Both the position numbers and the translations under genes were made by a program. From assembly GCA_964399675.1 (NCBI GenBank), contig CAYNRK010000007.1:1-55113 (forward strand): a stretch of 55,113 nucleotides of DNA, in the 5' to 3' direction. This stretch comes from an uncultured Gammaproteobacteria bacterium. Its GTDB lineage: Bacteria > Patescibacteriota > Patescibacteriia > UBA9934 > GWF2-40-263. Shown piece after piece: positions 27,484 through 38,400 of the stretch (the stretch's first letter is position 1; every line of letters starts with the position of its first letter). The notes beneath the pieces were generated by a model, which did no database searches, was not told the origin of the DNA, and saw only the letters and a program-made list of their open reading frames with translations.

Positions 27484-27662
27484 TGTGACTGTCTCCCAAA
27501 ATCCTCCGACGAACACTCAGTCTACCATCAACAGGTACGTTGTATATAATTTCGCCAGCACGGAACGATAGTGAGTACTGCCGAAATTATATACAACGTG
27601 ACTGTCCCCCAAAGTTCTCTACGGAGATTGCTTCGGCCCGTCTGACGGGCCTCGCAATGACA
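27484..27662. repeat. intergenic composite: direct repeats, an 18-bp perfect inverted repeat and a REP half-element
   Basis: gtgactgtcYcccaaa twice; acgttgtatataatttcg IR at 27537-27554/27582-27599; gagattgcttcg...cctcgcaatgac. Confidence 0.65.
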
Positions 27663-27716
27663 CAGGGGGAAAAGTAATGACACAAGGTGAAAAGACAAAA
27701 CAAAGACGCAGTGTGA

Positions 27717-28385
27717 TTATTCAATTGGTAATTCAAGTAATTTCCCTTCACCATTTGGATTATAACCGGCTTCCACTTCAGCTCCATCTGGATAAGTATC
27801 GCCATCTGTATCAGGGTTAAGTGGATTGGTTGTGTACACCTCAACTTCTTCTCTGTCTGACAAACCATCGCTGTCTGAATCTGTACTAAGCGGACTGGTT
27901 CCGATCTCAGCTTCTTGAACATCAGAAAGTCCGTCTTTGTCTGTATCTATTTCAGGTTGTGGTTCTTCAACAACTTCTTCGCCCAGACTGAAGTCTGGGG
28001 CTACCTCTACAACCTCTTCAACCTCTCGGACTTCTTCCACTTCTCGAACCTCTTCGACTTCTTCTACCTCTACAACCGGCCCCTCAGGAGTTGCTGGGGT
28101 TCGAGATCCCAGAATCTTTGTTGAAAGCAAAAAAGCAATGCCAATGAGAACAAGAATTGCAACAACCAAAACTATTGCTTTCCAAGGCAACCCTTTCTTT
28201 GTTGCTTCAAGACTTGCTATCTGTTCTGCAACAGGAGAAGGTGCTGCTGGCTGAGAAGGTGCTTGGGCTGGAGGCATATCAGCTTGCGGTGGAGCTGCTG
28301 GCTTTGTTGGTGGAGCAACTTGAGGAGCTGCTTTGTCTGTTTCTTCAAACATGTCCTCAGGTTCTTTTTTAACGTCATCAAACAT
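27717..28385 (-). CDS. membrane-anchored protein with DxDxDG Ca-binding repeats
   Basis: Pro/Ala-rich N-terminus, TM, DTDKDGLSD, DSDSDGLSD, TNPLNPDTDGD. Confidence 0.8.
   Translation of the reverse strand: MFDDVKKEPEDMFEETDKAAPQVAPPTKPAAPPQADMPPAQAPSQPAAPSPVAEQIASLEATKKGLPWKAIVLVVAILVLIGIAFLLSTKILGSRTPATPEGPVVEVEEVEEVREVEEVREVEEVVEVAPDFSLGEEVVEEPQPEIDTDKDGLSDVQEAEIGTSPLSTDSDSDGLSDREEVEVYTTNPLNPDTDGDTYPDGAEVEAGYNPNGEGKLLELPIE
27981..28004 (-). repeat. GTAG-type REP palindrome, in-frame inside a CDS
   Basis: GTAGCCCCAGACTTCAGTCTGGGC. Confidence 0.8.
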
Positions 28386-28400
28386 AGGTTTTTGATTTTT

Positions 28401-28511
28401 TAGAAATATGTAGAAATAGATAGAAATACAGTGGAAATAAGGTTGCATTCAACCTATCTCTACCTATTTCTACCTATTTCCATAAATTTTTATTTATTTC
28501 TACTAATTTCA
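28401..28511. repeat. inverted array of 10-bp periodic repeats
   Basis: TAGAAATA x4, central aggttg-catt-caacct, TATTTCTA-like x5-6. Confidence 0.75.
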
Positions 28512-28513
28512 AA

Positions 28514-29311
28514 TTATAACCTCCCCTCTCCGGCTGGATTATACCCTGCTTCAACCTCATCGCCATCTGAAAATCCATCCCCGTCTGTGTCTGGATTATG
28601 TGGATCGGTTCCATAGCCAGCCTCTGACTCTGATGAAAGACCATCAAAATCCGGATCATCAACATCAACGAACTCTAAACATTCCGTTAATAATGTTTCG
28701 TCTTCAATTTGTTCACAAATACTTTTATCTTGCTTTTCTGCCGCAATTCCACCAACAGCAAGCATTTGGCAATAAGCTGCGTCTTTTCCTCGTTCCTGAC
28801 AATTCTCAGTTGTAATAGAGCCTAAAATTACATTTTTGCATCCTTCTTGTCCGGTTGGATTAGTGATATTTAAACAAATTCCAACATCTGATTCTTTTAA
28901 AGCAACTACTCTGTAAAGCTCGTTAAAACAATTTATTTTTCGTTTATCCTCTGCTATTTGTCCGCACAGCTCTGGTTTCTCTGTCTCGCGTGCAACACCC
29001 CAAATACAATTTCCAAGAGCCAGACCTTCAAGCGTCTGACACATCTCAACATCACCGTTCATCATTGCGATCTCATCTGTTTTGTTTTTAAGACATTCTT
29101 CAACATCTTTAGCATCATCACATTCAGAAACTATTCTGCTTGTTTCTTGCTGTGCAACTTGTTGAATCAAAACCTGTTCACTTTTACTGCCTGTAATTCG
29201 AAAAACAATTGCGACAATTATAATCACCAACAAAACCCCACCACCAATTATTCCAATTAACTTCCAAGGAATTTGCCGTTCTTCAGTTGTTGGGTAATCG
29301 GATAAATTCAT
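28514..29311 (-). CDS. membrane-anchored Cys-rich protein with a C-terminal DxDxDG repeat
   Basis: TM, periodic C..I......C repeats, TDPHNPDTDGDGFSDG. Confidence 0.8.
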   Translation of the reverse strand: MNLSDYPTTEERQIPWKLIGIIGGGVLLVIIIVAIVFRITGSKSEQVLIQQVAQQETSRIVSECDDAKDVEECLKNKTDEIAMMNGDVEMCQTLEGLALGNCIWGVARETEKPELCGQIAEDKRKINCFNELYRVVALKESDVGICLNITNPTGQEGCKNVILGSITTENCQERGKDAAYCQMLAVGGIAAEKQDKSICEQIEDETLLTECLEFVDVDDPDFDGLSSESEAGYGTDPHNPDTDGDGFSDGDEVEAGYNPAGEGRL

Positions 29312-29322
29312 ACTATTTCTGC

Positions 29323-29404
29323 GTCATTGCGAGACCCGTCAGACGGGCCGAAGCAATCTCCGTTAATACGAGGATTGCTTCGTCGCTTTGCTCCTCGCAA
29401 TGAC
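29323..29404. repeat. REP-like doublet GTCATTGCGAG...CTCGCAATGAC
   Basis: inverted arms gtcattgcgag..gaagcaatc / gattgcttcg..ctcgcaatgac. Confidence 0.8.
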
Positions 29405-29413
29405 ACGAGAGCA

Positions 29414-32400
29414 TTAATAAGGACAATATGTAAATTCAACATTACTAAAGTTCAAGGGTCCGGTTGCGTTAAAGGTTGTTCGAAGTGGAATCTCAAATGG
29501 CTTTCCTACATTTTCTGCATCTGTTGGACAACTGAAACCGTCTGGAAATGGTAGTGCCACATCACTTCCTATCTTTACTGCACCCTGAGTTGACTGCCCT
29601 GCAACGGTTGTTGTGACATTGTTGCCAATAATTGAACTGACAATATTTTCATACATGCTTGTAACCTGATCTGCTGTTGAAGCAACGTACGCATAAAATC
29701 CATCAGCATCACAATCATTCACCCGAGCAATTCCATTTGGAGGATCCTCAAATGCACATTGGTTGCTTGACATGTGCGCCATATAACCTTTAAGAGAATT
29801 GTTTGTTGTAATGGCTGCTGAATAAAATGACACATCATTGTTGGAAGGCTCTTTTACAATTAGTTTGTCAATATACGCAACGCAAGCAGGTGTATTCCTT
29901 ACTAAATCTGTAGCAGGATTGTTATCATGGTCAATTTGTGCAGGATAATTATGTCCATTAAAATTTGTTGCTGGACACTCAACATTTCCACCATGATTGT
30001 CAACATAAGTATGTGTTGGATCACCGTCTGAAAGTAAGATTACGAATTTGAGTGCGTTTGGATCATTATTTGCTTCATCTGAAAATACTTTCATTGCTTG
30101 CTTAAGACCGTTGTATGTTGGCGTGCCCCAAGACGCACAATCTAAATAAGTATTCACTCTTGCAATCAAATCATTTTCTTGATTAACACCTGCAAAACTT
30201 CTATCACCGGAAATTTTCTCTGCCCATGAACCGTTAATGGTAATATTCTTTTTCTTATCAACATTGCACCAGCCCGCATCATCAGAATCTGCATATGTGT
30301 ACCGTGAAGTGTATGAAACAAGGGCGATACGGATGTTGTTTTCTGCACTGTTTGCTTCATAAACATCAAATAAATCTGAAATAGCCTTCTTTGTTGATTC
30401 AACAACAACTTCAATTCGTTCCTGTCCACTTATATCGTGTCCCATGCTTCCTGATAAGTCAGTTACAAAAACGATGTCCACCTTTGGCAATTCATAATCA
30501 GATCCTTTTTTCACATCTGCTTTTAACCAGGTTCCAACTGTGCAAGCTGGAATTTGAAGAGTTGCTGTGTCAGGGCTATTGTGTTCTTTGTTTAAGAAAC
30601 TGAAAAGATTGAGCGAGTTCACTGGCAAAGCACCGGGTTCTTCGCTTTTTATTTTAATCTGGTCGCTAATAAAGTTTTTTGGGCAAGCTCCTGCACAATT
30701 TGAAAAACACTTTGGAAGAACACAATCTCCGCCTCCAGCACAATCACCGTTATCCTCACACTCCAAACCATTGTCTGTTCCTCCATTACAAGTTCCAACA
30801 GTTGGAACATCACTACCATCACAAAATTCATTGCCATTCCTCACCCCATCTCCACAATATGCCCCGCTGTATGTTTTGTATTGACATAGGGCGTTACAGT
30901 AATTACATGTTCCATTATACGGAGGCGCACAAGGATCTTCATTGGATGTTGGATCAAAATTTGAAGCACCTGCATCACAGGACTCAACTCCAACATACAA
31001 ATGATCATCTCCACAAATATTCTTTTTGCACGAATTCAAACAACTGTCGTTGTTTGACTTGTTTCCATCATCACAAACCTCTGTTCCTTCTTTGATTCCA
31101 TTTCCACAATATTGCGGACCACCAATGCATATTGACCATACCGGCCATGTGCAGGCATCACATTTTCGTGTGCGATACAATTCATAAGTGTACTCTCCAC
31201 AATCACATTCATTATTTACACAGCTATTTGAATCACAATCGTTGTTATTTTCACATTCATCTCCAGCGTCCTCATATTCACCACAAACCCTTCCTGTTCC
31301 ACAAGCAGCGTTTAAATCACATGCACCTGCTGAACAATCTGCATCAACAGCACATGGCGTTCCGTCTTGACACATGGCACCTGCATATTTTTCAAATCCC
31401 CCATCACAATCCTCGCCACCATTTACAAATCCATCTCCACAAGTTGGACCTGGATTTTTACAGTCAAACGAACAAGAATTCGCGCTATTTGGATTATAAA
31501 TTCCATTAGGCAATCTTATTAACTGCCCACCGGCATTATAGGAACAGTTATTTCCCAATCTTGCCCAGCTGTTGTTTGGTAAATTATTGTAATTCTGAAC
31601 AGTTCCACAATCACACTGCTCTGAGCCTGAAAGATATCCATCACCACACGTGATCGCGTTTGTTAGCGAACAATTATCATCACAATGACCGTAGGTTCCA
31701 TTGAGCCCACCATCGTCACATACTTCGCCTGCGTCCGGCTCAATTACTCCGTTTCCACATCGATAAGGAACACACGCTGCACCAGCACCTAAAGCATCAG
31801 CAGCAGACTGGAACCCATTACAGTTAGCATTACACGCGATTGGGATAAGACCGTTTCGACATTTCCCTGCTTCTCCGTCCACATCACAATCTGCGCCAAC
31901 ATCAACATTACAAGTTCCAAGAGCTATTCCTTCTCCATCAACACAAACCTTACAGTCTGTTGTGCTGGAATCGCCAATTTCACAAACCTCGCCTTGTCCT
32001 AAAACACTATCACCACAAATTTCGCTCGAGCCTACTAGCCCTCCATCACATACATAATTGGATGTTCTAAATCCTGTGGGTCTGTTGCGCGGAGAATTCC
32101 TCGAAGACTCATAGGCTGCCCGAATGTTTGCGTTATCATTGTTTGGCATGTCAATCCTGTTACTCCATGGATGATCCTCGTATTCAAGAGTTGTGTAAAA
32201 GTAAAAATCGTCTCTTATAACTCGATAAGAATAAATACGCGATTTTCTGTCACATCTAAATTGTCCTTCTGCTCCATTCCAACAAGATGCCTGGTCATAT
32301 CCAGGACCGTAATCTCGACAAGAAAGCCAAAATTCATTGATTGGATCAACAGGAATACTTGATCCAAGCTCATTTCCTAAAACTGAATTCCATGAACCCC

Positions 32401-35400
32401 ATGTACTTAGCGAATAAGAAGGAACAAAAGATCCTGAAGCAAGACTTGGTACATTTGGAACACATGTTTCCTCTCCTGGACAATGCACATCTTGAGTACA
32501 TGCCTGGTTTTTTGTTACTGCGCAATGCCCATTTGAACTACCATAATCATGAACGATCTCAACAAACTCAGTAATATCTGTAAGTCGCTTCATGTCGCGT
32601 CGCAACTTGTCTTTATCACTATCACAAAATGCATTAACGTTTTCCTTAAGTGTACACTCGTTATTATTCTCACAAGACTTTCCACTAATATCACAAGTTC
32701 CGTTTGTACAAAGCTCAACACAATCACCATTCCATCTGCAAGAAATAAAATTCTCGTCTTTGTCTTTTAGATAATTACCTCCAGCCTTACACAAGTTTAC
32801 ATCGGTGATTTCATCTGTGTTGGAATTAAATCTAAAATTCTTAAGAATTTTTTCAAAAACTTGTTTTGAAGCATTCTTAGCATCATTGTTGTAGGAGATA
32901 ACGTAAATGTTTGGAAATATCTTTGTAATACCACCCACCTCTCCAATATTTGTTGCTGCAGCATAAATGGTATTTCCCGCACGAACCGCTTCATAACCAT
33001 CAAGTTCTGTTGGAGTTGCAGAACCTGTAAAACCTTGTTCCTTAAACCATTTGGCTGGTGTTAAATATTCTGGATTTTGAAGAACACGAACACCAATAGC
33101 ATCATTTGTACCTGAGACTTTAAAGATAAGCTCTTGAATAATATTCTGTCCTGCAAGAGATGTGACATCAATTTCTGTTTCAAGGGCTGGTAAGTCATCA
33201 TCTGTTCCATCCTCTCCTTCATCACGACAATAATAGAATGAGAAATTGGAAATATCATCTTTGTAAGGGAAATCAACATTTGGCGCAATGGCTGGCCATG
33301 AATTTTCACACAACAAAGCAAGGACCTGCAGCTGTCCATCTGTGTCATCTCCTTGTGTTGACGGTAAATTCACTGTGTCAGCTGAGATACCGGCGGTTGC
33401 AATTACATTTTCCTGACCATCATTACCTACTGCTGAATACTCTGAATCTTCATTAGCTGGATTATTTCCAACACCATCCCCTTGAACAGAAACCTCATCT
33501 ACTTCGATCTTAACCACATCGGCCACATTATCATCAGCCGTCTCAGAACCCCATGCCCATTCCCAAGAATAGATATTGTTTAGTGGTGTGATTTCTTCAT
33601 ATGCTGCAAGTACCTGCCTGAACGTAAGTGGAATTGAAATAAATTCATGACGCTCATTTGTTGCAGTGAAAAATTCCACGCTCTTACTTTCAAATTGTGC
33701 TGTTCCTAATTTACCCAAATCTTTAACTTCAACTTTATCAAGCGTACAAATTTCTTCACCAACAGCAAACGGCATAACAACTTGCGCATTTGCACAATTC
33801 CCTCCACTGCAAAGTGTTACACCAAACTCACTTAGCACGCCGTCTTTGGTTAAATTATTTGGAGTGTTGTCAGCTTTCAGAACAACTCGATACTCTGCGT
33901 TAGCCTTTAAAAGTTCATTGTAACGAAGATAGACTCTTTGATTATTTTCACCATTAACCACTTCGTAATTAATTGGCATGTAACAACCAAAGGCTTCAGA
34001 CGCAATCACAGGCTGTCCGAAAAAGGACAACATAAAACCCTTAAACCAACCCCAAGCGCGTGCAAACACGTTTTGGTCTTGTGTGTTAAGTGCTAGTTTA
34101 AGATAGTTGTTTGGACAGTCGTCTTCTGCCTGTACTTCGATTGTTTGACAAGATGAGCCCTGCTGACAATCTGCATTGTTGTTACATGCATTTGATTGCT
34201 CGTTTGTGTTATCTTCTACACAAACTTTATATTCAACCAGATCAAGATAAAGGTTTGGATTTTTATTCTTAGGGTTAAGTGTTGTAGGATCCATTTTCTG
34301 ATCAAACTCAACCCAGACAGCTGTGTTACGACAATGTCCAACTCCGCCATTTGTATTATCATCAGGTTTATTAACACCTTTGGTTGGTCTTATAAAACAA
34401 CAGTTTGATTGACCACAACCGTTAGTGGCTGCACCGTCTGCATTACAAGACAAATCTGTTGAACATGAACACTGAAGTTGCAACGAAGCCTTACCGATCA
34501 CTGCGCTTTCTGCAGCAAAAATTTCTGAAATAGCATAACCACTTTCTTCATCAACTTCAAAAACCGCATTTGCTCTAACTTCTGCTACTCCAAAAGCTCC
34601 TGTCTCTGATGGTGAGTTTGCCGCTGCTTCACATTCTTCCCCTGTTCCCACAACTCCATCCATACAATACGAAGCTGTTGGATAATGAATGGAAGAACCT
34701 TCATTCAAACAAGCTGATGAACACCCATCACCATCCTCTGTGTTTCCATCATCACAATCTTCTCGGGCATTTAGTTCAGCTTCTACGATGTTATTTCCGC
34801 AACACTTTGGATTTACAAACTCACAAGCCTCACCATCATCACAGTCAGCAGGGCCGTTACAAGCATTTTCACTATTTTCACATTGTTTTACACAAACCGG
34901 CGTACCTTCGTTTTGACAGGATGATGAACAACCATCTCCATCTACTATGTTTCCATCTTCACAATCCTCACCTAATTCAGGCTCCCCTCCATTTCCACAA
35001 ATCGAAACTCCCACTTGCGCTATTGCACCTTCAAAAAGACATTCACTGGAACACCCATCTCCATCAATCACGTTTCCATCATCACAATCTTCTCCACCTG
35101 CGTTTGGTGCATGATCAATTTGCCCATCACCACAAAATGCATTAACAGCGCTTGAACCATTATTAAGACAACTGTTTGAACATCCATCACCATTTATTTC
35201 ATTTCCATCATCACATTCTTCCCCAGCTTCTGATGCACCGTTTCCACAACAATTTACTGCTCCCTGTGGAATCTCACAAACACCAGCACCTTCTCCGCAA
35301 AGAACATCTTCATTACAAGCATCACCTGAAATACTGCAAGTCTTTGCGCATCTTGCAATTGGTTCAGTCAAACATTTTGGCGAACACCCATCCCCTGCAA

Positions 35401-38400
35401 CAATATTTCCATCATCACATTCTTCTGCAACAACAACATCGTCGATTGACAAAATAATATTGTCACCACAAATTGGATCAGTGGTTTTGTGTTGTGTTCC
35501 TGCGTTTGTACAAGCTGCTGTGCAATATGGAGGAGGATTTTCAGCAAACTTAATCACCCCTGATGGTTCTGCGTCTGGTGACTTAAGCATTAAAGCCACA
35601 TCTGAGACTGTTCCGCCATTAGCCACTTCAAAATTATCTGGATTGTCTAATGAACTCCAAGGCAACCAATCAAAATCTCCCGCTTGCAATGCCTGGCCAT
35701 TAATACTGCACTCGTCCGGTGCTCCAAAAGGATATGCATGAAAATCTTGCCTTTGCCCAACATAAGTCATGTTTGCAACAAAAGGCAAAACTTTTATCTT
35801 ATCTATTGCACAACTTACGTTTGAATTTTTCGTTTTAAATATCCATGAAAAATCTCCTGGATTAAACATGTTGTGATCTTGTCCAAAATTTGATCCACTG
35901 TCCCCAAGCGAAACACCTGATTCAGATTGAATGCCGTTTGCTTTCTGAGCAAGGGTCACACCCCCTTTGATGATAACGCGATGCCATTTGTCTGGATTCA
36001 ATTTAATTGTGTTTCCCTGATTATTTATTGGCAAATTTATAGTAATCCGTTTATTGCCAGGGTCATAGGCCGAATTAACAGCAATTGGCTGACCGAATTC
36101 CTGCGGAGCGCAAATTGTATCCTGACATTCAAATAATTGAACACTTGCAACCCCAACACTTTGCGGATCTATCCTCGTATTAAATTGAGCAAGCGGCAAT
36201 GCATTAACACACGCTGCCATGCAATCAGGGGAAAAGAAAGTTACTTTTGGATCAGTAAATAAAATTGTAAGATCGGCATTGTCGTCAGGATTGTTGTCAG
36301 CATTGGAAACGGTTGCATTAATCTTTGCAGGAATCTGAGGAGGAGTTTCAGATCTTGCTGTCACAATATTAGTACACACTCCGGCATCTGGATTAGCATT
36401 TGCAAGTTCTGCACCTGCAAAATTGGCATCATTCAATTTAGAAGTCCAGGCTAGCTGGTAATTTCCACCATCTGGTTTTTTGTTACATGCAAGTGTTACA
36501 CAAGAATCATTTTGAGCAATAAGCTGAGCTTTATAATTAACAGTTTCATCTTGCTCCACTGCCGTGAACCTGGCTGGTGTTACGTTAACATTACCAACTT
36601 CACAGAACTGCTCGTTGTTTTTTGTTTTAAATTGAAAAACGTACTCCTCTTCCAAGTATCCACCACCCTCATTTGGATGGGCAGCGATTCCACCGGCTTC
36701 TTTTGTGGCCCTGATTGTAACTTTATAATCTGTGTTTACTTCTAGATTTAATAAAGTTTGATTTTCAGCTCTTAAAGCTGAGAATCCTGTTTGATTTGGT
36801 GTTATTGTAATTGTCTGATTCTGCCATGCTGAGCAAATTCCTTCATCATAATCAATACATTTTTCTAAAACAATATTATCTGGAACAAATGTGCTTTGAT
36901 TCATGCTCATTGAAAAAGTCGCTGTAATTTCTGCGTTCACACACACGTCTTCTGGATCGCTCCAACTCTCCCAAGGACTTGGTGAAATAACATTGGCATC
37001 ACAAGCCTCCAGTACCACTGGTTTTTGTGGAATAATTCCTGTTGTTATTATGTATGCAAAATGTGACTCTGGTGGCGGAAGCTCGCACTCACCCACAAGA
37101 GCACATGAACCATTATTACAACACTCTTCATTTTGTTCACACACAAGTTCTCCTGTCTGACAATCACCAACCTTAAAATTCACTGCGTTTGAGCTCTTTC
37201 CGGTATTGTTATTCATGCTCATTGGGCCAGTTATTGCTGCTTCTGGAATTTCTACTTTACTAATCAACTCAGAAGTCCAAATTTCTTCACCTCCGACTGC
37301 GTGCACTCCGTTGTAAAAAGTAACTTTTCCTGGATTACCAAAATTCTCACCAATAAGTTTTACTTTTAATCCAGCTGGCCCTGCTGTTGGATTTGTTGCG
37401 CAAATACTTGGACCAGGGCTTCCTTCAATAACGGAAAAATCAACAAGATTTGATTTGTCGTTTACAGGATGACCGGGATGTCTAATTACAAAAAGCTGGT
37501 GCAACACCTCTGCAATTGCTTCAACCGGATCTGTTTGATATTCAGCTGGAACCTTCACTATTATTGAATTGTTTGTCCATTGATTTCCACCACACTGATC
37601 AGGAAAATCTGAGTCACCAAGAGCTATTTTGTCTTCAGTGTCATGTAAAAATCGAACTGTTCCCGGTGTAAATCCAAACCTTGTTCCAAGAATTGTCACG
37701 TACTGACCAACAGGCCCCCAATTAGGACGGCTAACACAAGACTCACCATCTGCACAATCATCATCGTCACCACAAACCAAACCACTATTTTCACAAGCCT
37801 TCCAACCTGTGCTTACTTCAGAAATATTTGGCGGATCAAGATCAACGTCACGAGCAAGAACAGTAAACCTCATCTTATTGGAACCAACCCGGACTGACTG
37901 ACAGCTTCCAGCGTCAACACAATCATTATCATCTGAACAGTAAGCCAAGCTTTCAGAGCACCATGCTGTTGCACATGTTTCTCCGCCTTCACAATCATCA
38001 TTATTATTACAAACAATTCCAACAGGATTTCCAGCATCATCTTCTCCAGTCAAATTTCCTTGACCATCAATACAAACGTAATCCCCTGTGAACACACGAG
38101 CTTGGTGCTTAAGAGCAGATAAAGATGGAACAACAAAATCAATTTCAGTATTTGCCCAACCAGAAGTATCAGTCTCCCCGTTTGACAAGAAAAGTTTTGA
38201 TGAACCTTTTGTGTTTCCAAAACCAATTCCAGTTGCCGTAGCAGCACTTGTTGGCTGCCCAAGTGATGGATCTAGATCACAAAGACCTGGACGGACAATT
38301 AGATTCACATCAAAGTCAGCAATACGCGGACCAAAATTATCGTCTGTTGAGTCAATGGTTGCGTTCGCACCAGCCGTTTCAACGCGAACGGGCCCGTCAA

